This document shows, piece by piece, positions 46,981 to 59,100 of a DNA stretch of 64,000 bases. The stretch is from Xylographa opegraphella (taxonomy: Eukaryota), in NCBI GenBank assembly GCA_022813865.1, contig JALDZX010000042.1, forward strand, positions 62,001 through 126,000. Reading direction: 5' to 3'. A model generated the notes under the pieces. It did no database searches. It had not been told where the DNA came from and worked only from the letters and a program-made list of their open reading frames with translations. The position numbers and the translations under genes were made by a program. Position 1 is the stretch's first letter, and the number at the start of each line of letters is the position of its first letter.

Positions 46981-48869
46981 GGATGACGCGAAGCCAGTTT
47001 AGCGCTTGACATTTTGATCGTGACGGTGAGTCCATCTTATCTTTATCAGGAACAAAACAGTGCTAGAACTAGCTGAAAATTAACATTACCATCAGGGTCC
47101 TGTCGACCTTGGCGCCAAGAGTGAATATAGTTGCCGCGAGATGAGGCAACTTCACCAATCGCTTGCGGCGGTCGTCGAGGAGAGCAGCTGGTATCCGAAT
47201 TACCAAAATGTCTCCCAAATACGACTGGCATTCCCAAAATTTCAAGTTTCCAAACTCAGGCGAGTAATGCCATCAAAATACAGAAGATACTCAAGAACCA
47301 ACCTGCCGCTCCCTTGAAAGGCGGAGAAATCCCAAGCACGTTCCTATCATATATTCAGGTCTTTTCCAGCTCTTAATGGATCCAGTATCCTTCTTGGCAT
47401 TTATCGCGCCAGTCCAGAAAAATCTCATGCTTCAACCAGAAGTCTTCTCAGTCACAGTATGCGAGATTCGACAATGCCCTCACTAAGGTTCAGACATGAG
47501 ACTCTGCAGTTTGAGTACCACCTTGGAATAAGGTTGGTAGCTGTAGCGTGGACGGTATTTGAGATGACTTCCTCAATGCAATATTTTATCGATCGTTGAA
47601 TCAAGATGACGCCAATATAATAAGTAGGATGTCTGAATCACTACCCCTTCCATTGATCTCTGAGAGTATCTGTTTCTACCTCAATCATATATTCAGACAC
47701 ATACTGCTCTTGACAAAGATACTCAAATACTCTTGCAGCATGAAGGGCGGGTATCAAGATACCTCATCTAACGTGCGATACAAGCTGCTCTAGCTTTGCG
47801 GCTGGGTCAGTTTCACTTTGATCTGACAGACGCAGCGAACGGCATTTTCAATAAATAATTCTAAGTATGAATATGACCTTCCGTCCTGCATTTGTCAATT
47901 GACCTGCAGCCATCCATAACCCTCACGATCCTTGTCTGTAAGTATCCGTGTCGCTCTGGTATAAAGAGATTCTAGCCGTGGAAGTCCTTGTCGTGTAGCT
48001 CTTCTACTATAGCGAAGGCGACGAACCACGCCAAACGAGATTGCAAAGCCAGAAATGCTGAACCACCGGGCGGGAGAAATCTGTTCGGAAGCGACAGTTG
48101 ATGGCACTGGCCAGGCACGGGATATTATGCTTTTGGTCATTATCAGGAACGAGCATTATTGCCAAAGCTCTTATCTTCCATGGCCCATACGATCCTGATA
48201 TATGTTCTGCCCTCATTGAGGCGTGTAAACAGATTTCAAGCGACTCATCGACGGCTGCCAGGCTAGCGTCTCCTCTAATTCCAACATACTGGCAAGCCAA
48301 GTGGAGCCTGTTAGTTTACGGCTGGCTGCCTCACGCAATGCCGTCACAGCAATCCTGATGAGCAATACTGATGAGCTTCTATACCCTGGCTAGCGCTATA
48401 CGTTCAAAACACCCTGTGCCACGTCGTCTGGCTTTGGTTGCCCATTCTCCACGGCGACTGTCAGATAGCACGGATCGTATTAAAGCCGATAAAGCAAGCA
48501 AGGGAAAGATAGTGGAGCCGAATAAAGGTAGGCGATGGTTTGACATTTATCTTTCTGCTTATTCGGCGAGTTGACTGACATAGTCGACCAATTGCAGCAG
48601 CTGAAGTACGAGGCGAAGGAGCTCATCGGCGTTGTGGGTTTCGATGTGTCTGCAGGTTCCTGGACTTTGCACTCAAGAATTGGAAACCCGTTGTGCCAGC
48701 CAGAGCTTTTCAGCACTTCAAACACACAATTAGCGTTGAGAGCTGTCGAGATATCTTTCTGAGCCTAGTGGTGGTCCAGTATAAAAAGGCTCTAATGAAC
48801 TTCTTCCTGTCTAAGCGCCATGCAATGCATCCAATTTCAAAGTCGTTAAAGTCTCTTCCCCTTAGCATT

Positions 48870-50321
48870 TCAAGTACCATTCATCTCTAGATCTCCACGC
48901 TGACCAGTTTTGTGAGACTCCACATCTCCGTCCTCGCTGTTACCCTCGCCATCATCGTCACTATCCTCTTCCCACTCTTCCCCTTCTAATGCTACTTCGT
49001 CATCACCAGCGTCCCCAAGTATGCCATCCAGCTGCTCCACTACCTCTACCGCATGATCCCGTAACCGATCGTCCTCATATTCTTGCATCTCATATAATCG
49101 TAGGCTGTTTCTTAGCCACTCACGACTCGTGATCAGAAGTGCATTGCGCTCTTCATCTGTTTTTGGCACTTCATCTTCCTTCACATTATCTTTGACTGAA
49201 GTACTTTCATCCATAGGATCTTGGTTAGCTTCGGCGTCTGGCTCTTCGCTGAGACGCCCTAACCCTGCCATTAATGAGGCGCACCACCCACCAAGGTACC
49301 ATGCTTCCACACTACCATCCTCCTCCGCCACTAACCCTTCAAGTATGCCCATTGCGTGATCCTCCATGCCCGCTTCCATCAGCAGTCTTGATAGCGATAT
49401 ACGAGTCGGAAAATCTGGTATATCTGAATGTGCGGCTGACAGGTCTTGCCAGAGCGACAGAGATTGGCTAAGTACGGAGCGAGCTTCGGGGAGATCACAC
49501 TGGGAGAGAAGGAGAGATGCATGTGTCTGCAAAGTGGGTGCAGTAGATGATGCAGTAAGGGCGCGAGTAATAAGAGCTGTGCAAGCAGTTTCAGCGGCTG
49601 GAGAGAGTCTGAAGGAAAGTTAGTTAGCTCAAGTCACTACCTTCTGTCTTTGGATGAGGAAACATGGGGAAAGAGGGGATTTGGTGGAGATTGTTTGAGA
49701 CATTGTGTTCTGTACGCACGATAAGTCTGTCATCCACACCTCCACCATCCCGCACAGCGCAGCTGCCAACTTTCTCCTCTTTTCCTCCATCAGCATTTGC
49801 CTGTGTTCTTCCGGTGTTTCTATAGCCGTTTGTGCTTCCAGTTCCGCAATATCCCGCTCTAGCACCTCCGTTCCCTTCTCGAACCATCTTATGCTCTCCT
49901 CTCCACCCTCTTCGCACAATTGCGCTAACCATAAAAACTTCTCCACTCCGCCGCCCTCACTCTCAGGTACTTGACCATACGGGTCAAGTGCGACAGCCTG
50001 CAAGAATGTATTCGCAGCAGATGCAGAATCGCCAAGCTCGAGGTAGATCTCGCCCAGTAGAGTCAATGCCGGGAGGGATAGCTGAGTAGGGTTGCTTGAT
50101 TCAGGCTGCAGAAGAGCCAAAGCTCGTTGTGCAATGGGGAGAGCCGCATCCGGTTGACCTGTCTGAAGTAGTGCGGTAGCTTGGGCGAGAAGCGCGGTAG
50201 GATCTAGAACGACTTGTGATTTGCGTATTTTACTCCGAGGGGCTTGTGTGCCGTTGAGGATGGATCGTTCTTTATCTCTCCGGTTTCCCTTGGAGCGATT
50301 GGAGGGTCTTGACTTTCCCAT
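48870..50321 (-). CDS. ACL4: TPR protein, assembly chaperone of Rpl4 (Acl4), 2 exons
   Basis: GGGVEKFLWLAQLCEEGGEESIRWFEKG, LCGMVEVWMTDLS, PDFPTRISLSRLLME, SVEAWYLGGW, acidic tail. Confidence 0.88.
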
Positions 50322-50626
50322 ATTGTAGAGAAATTTCTTTTTATTGCTAAGGTCTGTTGATTGGGCTCGTAGCAAAGAACAAACTACTGAATAATGCTAA
50401 GCCAAGATTGAATGCTTTCACTTTTCGTGGAATGGTAGGGCCAAGATTTGCATCTTAACTCCTGCTTAAATCCGTACGCTAGTGAGCATACCACTATTGC
50501 TACACACCCAACGCCCCTCCACAACTACTGAGCTACCCTGTTCCTAAGACGCCCTTTCTCCATGCATCACCCAGGATTCCTACTCGAGGATTTCGCGCTG
50601 AATAGACAGATATTTCTGTTCAAGTA

Positions 50627-51978
50627 ATGGATGTACCACGCACAGATGTTCCTGTGAATTCTGCGTTCACAAAGGCGCTGCCTAAGATTGAGGTTGGCCT
50701 CCATATTGCAGGACTCTTATCTTGCTTTCAGGTGTACTACATGTCCGACGATCACAGGCACTGATTCTGTCTCATTAGCTTCATGCTCATCTCACAGGAA
50801 GCATAACGCGGCAATGTCTTCATGAAATATGGGAAACCAACCTGTCTCAAGACCCGGGATTCGCTCTGGAAGATCCTTTGGTAGCTATTCCACCGGGGAA
50901 GGTTGATTTCGATGTGAACCAGTATGTCTAGAGGATATTCTATTGACCTCTGGCTAAATTCCCCCTTCTATTCTATGTTCACTCACCCTTGCGCTCGCAT
51001 TCTTTATATTTCTCTGTATCCCAATGGCTTTCGAAAAAATTCGAGTTTAAGTCATCTTTAGTCATCTCTGATCATTATCTGCGATATTTCTTAGATTTTT
51101 CCCACTATTCTCTCAATATATATATGGTCTTTGCAATACCAGTGGCAGTATCATTCATTCAACCACAGCCGTGCTTCAAGACTTTCAATCAGATGGGGTA
51201 GTCTACTTGGAGCTGCGCACGACACCAAGGTCATGTAATGGACTTTCGAAGGAGAGCTATGTATTGACTGTCCTTGATTGCATCCAGAACTTCAAAAGCC
51301 ATACCATGAAAACGAACCTTATTCTCTCAATTGATAGAAAAGATACTGCGGATCAAGCAATGCAGACCGTAGATCTCGCAATTAAACACAAATCTCGCGG
51401 CATTGTTGGCATCGATCTCTGCGGCAACCCACTCAAAGGTGATGTTTCGATCTACAAATCAGCGTTCTCAAAAGCAAAAGCGCACGACTTGAAGCTCACG
51501 CTGCACTTTGCCGAAGTGCCTGCGTCCTCCTCAGAGTTTGAATTAAAAACACTGCTTTCCTATGAACCCGAGAGGCTGGGTCATGTGATCAATGTCCCTG
51601 AGGATATTAAAGATGAAATCAAGAAGAGAAAGCTGGGACTGGAACTATGTTTAACTTGTAATGTCAATGCGAGACTAATAAGTGGTGGATTCACGGATCA
51701 TCATTTCAGATACTGGAGGGACAAAGGATGTCCGCTTGTGATCTGCGTAGGTGACGGATAGGATTAATGAAACTCCTGTTACAACTAACTTTTTACAGAC
51801 GGACGACGTGGGAATTTTTGGCAGTTCGCTCTCGAACGAGTACCTGTTGCTGGCCAAGCATTTCGGCCTGAAGCGCAAGGAGTTGGCGGAGCTGAGTCTA
51901 GAGGCTATAGAGGTGACATTCGCATCAGCCGAGGAAAAAGAAAGACTCAGGTGGCTTCTGGACCCATTTTGTAGGTGA
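50627..51978 (+). CDS. Adenosine deaminase-like protein (ADAL/MAPDA-type N6-methyl-AMP deaminase), 4 exons
   Basis: LPKIE|LHAHLTGS, FFPLF, DGVVYLELRTTPR, GIDLCGNP, LHFAE, RLGHV, ELCLTCN, C|TDDVGIF. Confidence 0.9.
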
Positions 51979-52309
51979 CCGAGAGGCCACCTTTTATCTT
52001 AATTGACAAGAGCAATCTATTCAGACCTGTCACATGCTCTATTCAGCTGACAAACGTCACTCCGTACTTGTTATGAACTGTATGATATTCTTTTGAATTA
52101 GAAAGAGTGATTTGCGCTAAGTAGACACTGGAATCAATAGTAGCTACGGAGTATGAGCATACGAGACTGGCCTTGCCTACTCTCCGCTCTCCTTGACAAT
52201 CGATTGTACTCCGTAGCAGTCTGCGGTTGTAAGGCTGAAAAATGGAAGGCATCCGCTAAGCCCTACAATTGAACCTGTGTCCCGAGTTTGGTTGCAGAAG
52301 AATGGAAAA

Positions 52310-53119
52310 ATGGGTCGCGATGAGCAGATCGAGGAGCGAGAAGTCCTTGACTCTATCTTCGCCGACGAGATCACTGGTGAGACCTGGACGGGATCTATCT
52401 AATTTATTTCTAAGTTCGTGCCAGACATTTCGGATACATCATACCGAATCGCGATCCCGTTAGAAGTTGTCCAGCCTGATGACGAGACAGAAGCAGCGCG
52501 TAAGTACACAGAGCAGAAGAAAGTTTCCGTAAGTATTCGAGAAATCGAGCGCTAAGCTTGTCCAGCGACTTTGCTGCTCACGGTCGCCTACCCGGAAACA
52601 TATCCAGACATACCTCCCAACCTAACCCTCTCGGCGCCTCCCGATGCCCCGAAACATACTCATCTAGACATACAAGATGATAAGAAACGACTGCTCTCGG
52701 CACTGCAACCTGTCATCGAAGAGAGCCTCGGAATGGCCATGGTGTTTACGCTAGCCAGCACACTCAAAGACAGCGCGGAGTTGTTGATCTCCGAACGGCA
52801 GGCCGCAGCTCAGAGCATCAAAGATGTTGAAGCCGCGAAAGCAGAAGAAGAGGAGAATCGCAAATTCCATGGCACTGCCGTGACGAGAGAGACCTTTTTG
52901 GCGTGGCGGGATAGGTTTCGGAAGGAGATGGCGGAGGCGGAGGAGAAGAAGAGGGAGGACAAGGAGGCGGAGGACAAGAGAAGGAGGGTGAAGGCGGAGG
53001 AGCGGATGACGGGGAAGCAGCTCTTTGAGAGGGGCTTGGTCGGTAAAGTCGAGGAAGATGAGGATGAAGGTGGTGCCGATCTAGTACAGCCGGTTCAAGA
53101 ACTGAAGGTGGAGGATTGA
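52310..53119 (+). CDS. GIR2: RWD-domain protein Gir2 (RWDD1/DFRP2), 3 exons
   Basis: EQIEEREVLDSIF, YPETYPDIPP (RWD YPxxxP), ESLGMAMVFTL, KFHGTAVTRETFLAW, MTGKQLFE (DFRP C-terminus). Confidence 0.92.
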
Positions 53120-53378
53120 CAATAGAGATCTTGCTTTCAAGCACACAAAAATGAGGCTCTGAATGGCGGGAAATGAGAACTCTCTAAAGACCAACCTGCA
53201 ATTTTTACGCGGTCGAACTCGATTTCCTGATTGTTATGTGTATGAATTGGAAAGTGGTTTCTACCGCGACGAAAGTTAAACACGAGAAACTCTTCTTTGT
53301 ATCATATCAATCATACGAATTTCCAGAGTCAATTTTGTGTATATAATCAAGTATGATTGTATAAAATGCAGTCTTCTC

Positions 53379-54381
53379 TCACAGTACCTTCGATTGTCGA
53401 ACACATCCTGCAGATAACGCCTCGTGATCAACAAAGCCAGGCATATTGCCGCTACCCACGTTTCCCTGTTCGATTTCCGCCAGGGCCTTCTCCATTTCAA
53501 CTATTTTATACATTTGTCTTCCCAGCATCGTATTCTTAGAATGACTAGCTTGGATCTTTGCCCTGACTTCTTGAAGAGCACTGACAGGTGCTCTGATCCA
53601 CAATACTGAGCTGTCGTCATCGATTCCACAAGTCTGTTTTAGAATGCTGTCCCACTCGTCCTCTGCCCGCGCCATGGGGATTTCGGCTTTTAGAAGCTGC
53701 AGACGATCAAATCGCTTCTCCCGCTGCCTGATCTTGTCTCGTATGACTCGGCTAAGGAATGGCGATTGTGGTTTCTTAAAACGAAGGTGTGGTATACCGT
53801 TCGTATTCACGAGCTTCGGAATATGGCGCTTCCCAGATGTTGACTGAAAGGGACGCGATAGCACAAGAGGGGTATCAGGCCTCGGCCATACTATTGGCGC
53901 AAAGGAAGTGGTTTTTCGAGACTTCGTAGCTTCGCCAGAAGGTCGGTATTTGTGACCGCATTTCGGGTTCTCTTCTTTACACAGTGCATTCGGGCCAGTC
54001 AAGCTATCGACAAGCTTTGCTACCAGTTGTACTGGTTTGGAAGATACATGTTGCAGTGTTTCTAATGACTGGGTTTATACTTTAGCTGAAAAAAAGCGAA
54101 AAAGTGACTGGCTTTAAATACCTGATAGCCAAGATTAAGTGCCTCAACAATTTTACTTGGACTCTGGAATTTTCTATTCTTAAGAAACACATTCTTGACA
54201 AGCTGGCGTAAAGCATATTGTTGATGTTCACCGATCTGTAATTGGGAGCTCCTTCGGACGAGGGAGCGATAAAGAGCAAGGCCTGGTTATATGAGCATGT
54301 CAAGTATTGGGATAGATATCGGTTGCACTAACATGCAATGCGATGCACCCCTGATCTTGCAGGAACAAAATGTGGCGGCAT
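53379..54381 (-). CDS. Mitochondrial LYR-motif (Complex1_LYR-like) protein, 3 exons
   Basis: MPPHFVPARSGVHRIA|CLALYRSLVR...VFLKNRKFQSPSKIVEALNLGYQ|...RHIPKLVNTNGIPHLRFKKPQSPFLSRVI...AEDEWD. Confidence 0.82.
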
Positions 54382-55221
54382 TCATCGTTTTTTCCCTTAC
54401 TGGATTGCTACACTGCGAGTCGAGTTTTAAGCACCTTATGGAGATCAGATACAACGGAGACAAGCGCGCCATGCGCGCGTCGAGACTCACAGAAAGAGAC
54501 GCTGCCAGCGCTAAAGAGCCTAAACTAGGATATGCTAGCGCCCAAATTATTCTTATACAGTAGATACCTTCGTATCAATACCTTAACTCTTTCTACCAAG
54601 GAGGGTATACCGCTGATAACATGCATATGAGGGCCTACAATTTACACAGACTTGAGACATGGGTCGCGCTAGATTTATGATGGCTTACTAACTATGCGTG
54701 TCACTTATTCCAATGGATAATGTCCTCCCAGAGCACATGAGTACTGGTAGCCATAACGCGTCTATCGAAATGCCCCAAGCTACAGCGAGTGACATGGCAA
54801 GTCTGGGCTTTCGCTACTTAAAATCTAAGGGTTCAAACAGATACGGTGGAATCCAGAAAAGTTTCCTTCCACATAGCCTCACATATGAAGTACGACGGCA
54901 ATAAAGCCGTGCGGCTAACATAGCTTTCCAAATATTCCTACGGCAGACCCTCTCGAGTAATACGTTAGCATGCACTAGTAATTTCAAACAAATCATGTTT
55001 GGCAGCTATTGCCACTACCGTTTCTAACTGTTTACTTCAATAACCTAGAAAGGATGAAAGGCAACAGTGAGCATTCCTCCACACCGGTGCCCTATTCTCC
55101 TTACTAATGTTTGGCTTGAAGCCTGCTCCTTAGTCCGACCAATGCAAATTTCGTACATGCTACCTCCATGCTCATAAATTCATAAGTCCCACTGCTTCAC
55201 GGTTCTAGAAGACTTCCTATC

Positions 55222-55859
55222 CTAGAAGGTGGATCCTTCCGCCGGTTGAGGAAGCTTCTTATGCTGTGGTAGTGCCATGTATCTTATAATAATCGTTAGC
55301 AAGCTTATGAGCTTCGAGTATGTAAGATAGACCTTCTAAGCTCAATAAGTATAGTCTCCATGGTATAATCGCGTTTCCATTGTGACAAGCATGGAAGTCT
55401 TGTGGGATCAACCTTCACTGTATCAGCTTCAGAAGTTTGCCAGAGCATATTCTTGATCCACCTTCCCCGAGCGCTGATCTACGCAAGGTAAGTTGATTTT
55501 AGAGATAAACTGGACGGTTGGAGGAATATCTGGATAGCTGTCCCCACAATAGATATTCAGACTATAGATACGATTCTCATGGGCGCTCTGTTTATTCCGG
55601 AAGATAATCAGCGAGCTTCTTTAAGGTGCGTGACTCAAGCCTGGTTGTACGCACGTGGGGGGGACCGAGAATTGTTCCGTTCCAGTTCGACATCATGAGG
55701 TCGTCCCCATCGGTCAGACCATACGAACAAGCCTCTATGGCCTCGTTTGTCAGTAAAAGCTTCGAGAAATTGAGCGCGCTGCATACCAGCACCGAGGCCC
55801 TTCTCTCCCTTTTCCAACTCTTCCAGAAGGCGGAAATTGCGGGGCACTTTCGCACCCAT
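55222..55859 (-). CDS. MMS2: Ubiquitin-conjugating enzyme variant Mms2, 5 exons
   Basis: KVPRNFRLLEELEKGEKG, SNWNGTILGPPH, HENRIYSL, KLPQPAEGSTF-stop. Confidence 0.95.
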
Positions 55860-56192
55860 CTTACTTTATTATCTCGGTGTTGTAGACAATATACGCAATT
55901 GGCGTCTTGATATTTGATTGCAGCGTGTGGTGAAGCGTAGGAAAGTAGGTAGTAGATACGCGGCAGTGGCATGTGCCAGAGTAATTCAAGCACTTATGCT
56001 GGGTAAATTACAGTATATTACATTAGTGCCGTACCCCATGCTAGCTGATATAAGGTAAGATAACTTAACTATCTTCTGTTGTCTAAGTCAATGATGTGCC
56101 TTACGGTCGATGACGAATGCCATATATGCACGTCAAATCATTCCGTTCACAACCTCGTGACAAATGTAAACGATTTTTATTTCTGATGAACC

Positions 56193-59100
56193 ATGACGGC
56201 TCAGATTCTAGCATCAGAACTTGCCATTTTGATACAAGAAAGTAAAAGAAAGAATGCAGAGATTCGTAGTGTTAGTATTACGCATCTTGCAAGCATCGTA
56301 AACTGAGATTTCTTTGCAGGCTGCTGAGAAATCTCTTTCCGAATTGAAAGGGCTTTCAAATACCTCGGAGGCCCAGCTAGCGGCAGGCGAGACAACTCAT
56401 CAGGGTTGATGTATATTCGGCTGACGTTGGAAGAGATTTGAAACGAAGACCGAATTTTGTGCGACCATTTCTCCTCTCTTGCGCCACACGCAACCCGAGG
56501 TATGCAGGTACAGCCATTGCATGTCTGCAGCGGCTGGTCGTGACAAATGGACTTGCCAAAGAAACATTGAAAGATGTTCTGGACGTTCTTCGAGAATGCT
56601 CCTCCTTGGGTAGGCCCAAGGCCTCCTTCTAGGGTCTTCTTTCGAATGGGATTGATGATCTTATAGGTCTTGACATCCAGCTTAAAATTCTACAGGCGTT
56701 GCCATCGTTGCTGCAAAATTATGCCACTCAACTCACGGGTGATTTACTGGCGACTGCACTGCATATATGCTTTCTGCTCCTTGGCAATAAAACAGCGGTT
56801 GTCTCTAATACAGCCGCAGCGACCTTACAGCAGCTGGTAGTAACAGTTCTTGGCAGGGTTGTTCAGGAAGATGGTTATTATCCTATAATCCTTATTCTCC
56901 CCACACTAAACTTCCTAGACCTGACTTCCGGAGCGGACTATGTCGCTGAAGTACCTATTGAGGATGGTACCACTCCGGTACGAAGTGCTGCTTTGGACGC
57001 ACATCAGGTATACCTATCCTAATCAGTGCAAACACAACAGGATGTCTAACATAACAACAAGCTGCTCAACGATCTTTGTCTACTGACTGAAGGCAACAAG
57101 CCTCAATTTTTACACTCCGCATCTGTGTCTTCTGATTTTGGACTTGAGCTGATCGAGTCCATGATAGCAAACCATGCTGAAACTGTCCGTTCACATCCAG
57201 AACAAATCCAAATCTTGCGAATCAGACTGATGCCGTTCGTTATTCGGGTGCTGTCAGAAAAAGTTACATTCTCCACCACGGTCCGGGTCATGCGATTATT
57301 GCCTATAATACTCGGCAATATGCTTAGTGTACTTGCAACTGAATGTGAGATGGTCCTCGGACTTCTCAATCATATGCTAGATCCTGACGCAGCCGTGATT
57401 TGGAAGCGGGTCTTATGTATGGAAGTCTTCCGAGGTATTCATGCCGAACCTGCGCTTGTTCGAAGTATATATGCACATTTCGACGAACAGGAAGGCAAGA
57501 GGGATGTCATTCGCAATCACATGGCTATCATGGTCAGATTGGCTGCAGAGAAGCCGTCCATTATAGGCCTTGGACAGCAATCTACAATTCCGGCCGTATC
57601 CTCCCAAATAGAAGACGAATCGGAGGAGCAAGCTGCTTTACAAGCTGAAGGTGTAGCAGGCGCAATTGGAGCCGCAATGACATTGAGATCATCAACTGCA
57701 CCTGGGATCAGTGCTTACGGAAGCAACATGCGAATTTCATGTATTGAACAACTAGACAAATTAGACCCACCCTCTGTACCTCCTGCATATCTTTACAGTC
57801 TTGTCTTGACGTGTGTGAACAACTTTTCGGAGGGTTTGGCACGGTTTTTGCTACCATTCTCAATTCCTGTTGAAGTCAGAAGCAAGAAGAAGCAACGTCT
57901 GGTTAAGGATGGTGAGCAGCAAGAGATTGAGGCATCCGAGAAAGATGGATCGCCCGCCGTGGCAAGAAAATCGCCGCTGACCAGAAGTCAGTCAATCTCC
58001 GGCTCTAAGCTTCCAGTCAATCCCCTCAGCTTGGAAAGCCATGTACTTTACAATCAGATACGCGGCTCCGCAAGTATGATTGACACGTGCTGGCCTGCGC
58101 TACTTGCAACATATTCCACTTTTTTCCATGCCGCCTTAGATTCCGACTATTACCATTCTCTTGTCCGTTCTTTTCAGAAGTTTACACAAGTAGCTGGTCT
58201 ACTCGGACTGTCCACTCCACGGGATGCGTTTCTTACAACCTTAGGCAAGAACGCCGTACCTCCATCAGTTATCACAGCCTTTGCAATATCGAGCTCGACT
58301 TTGTGCGTGGCGGAGAAACAAGATGTTCGGCGTCGGGAAAATGTATTGCAAGCCAGCGAAAGCAGATTCGGTCCACCATCGAGCACCTCCCTCGAGAAGA
58401 CTCGGCAATCCATGGATCTCGGAGGAGTAAGTTTAAACACGCGTAATCTTCTTTGCCTCAGAGCCCTCGTAAACCTTGGCATCGCACTGGGCCCTATTCT
58501 GCAGTCTGCGTGGTCTATTATCCTAGAAACTCTCCAACAAGCTGACCTAGTGATAACACATATCTCGTTACAACGTCGTGGAACGCACAATGGCCAGACA
58601 ACTCCAATTGCCGGGAGTGAGAACGCTTTCGTGGGAGACATCGGCAACGAGATCACTGCGGTTACCTTGGCCGCCACGAGGATGTTTGAAAGTTGCCGAG
58701 ATCTCCCGGACGAAGCCTTTATGGATGTGGTGCGTGGTCTGAAGGGGCTACTAAGAGATCTCTACTCCTACGAAGATCGAGCGGTTGTCAGTAATCAAGT
58801 CTCCGCACAAAGTCCATCGAATCATCGCAGAACAACAAGCATTGTAGGCAAAATCTCTGGCCTTGATCAGAACGTGCGACTCAATGAGTTTGTGATGGAG
58901 AGTTTGACCAAACTTATAGACTACAATACATCCCGTTTGCTGGAAAAGTCGCCAGAAGAAAATGGGTGGGAGATCATTGTCGAGACTCTAATTGACGTGC
59001 TCGGCGCACAACAATTTGACACTGATTTGCGACTGAGAGCTGCCGGTGCCTTGAGTACTCTTGTCAATCTAACGGCTAGTACAGATAGTTTTGATGACGT

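Noticed and set aside
47050..48800. Possible gene or transposon relic between SIR2 and ACL4
   Set aside because: All frames are interrupted, with no terminal repeats or transposase/RT motifs seen.
4353..53119. GCN20 and GIR2 (both Gcn1-associated) in one window as a functional cluster
   Set aside because: They are about 45 kb and many unrelated genes apart, so chance is sufficient.
56088..56190. Possible box C/D snoRNA (ATGATGT...CTGA) upstream of MON2
   Set aside because: Imperfect C box, no rRNA-complementary guide that I recognise, and it abuts the MON2 start codon.
56874..56918. Apparent hydrophobic insertion YYPIILILPTLNFL in Mon2
   Set aside because: It is a 45-nt stop-free in-frame intron (GTTATT..CTAAA..TAG).
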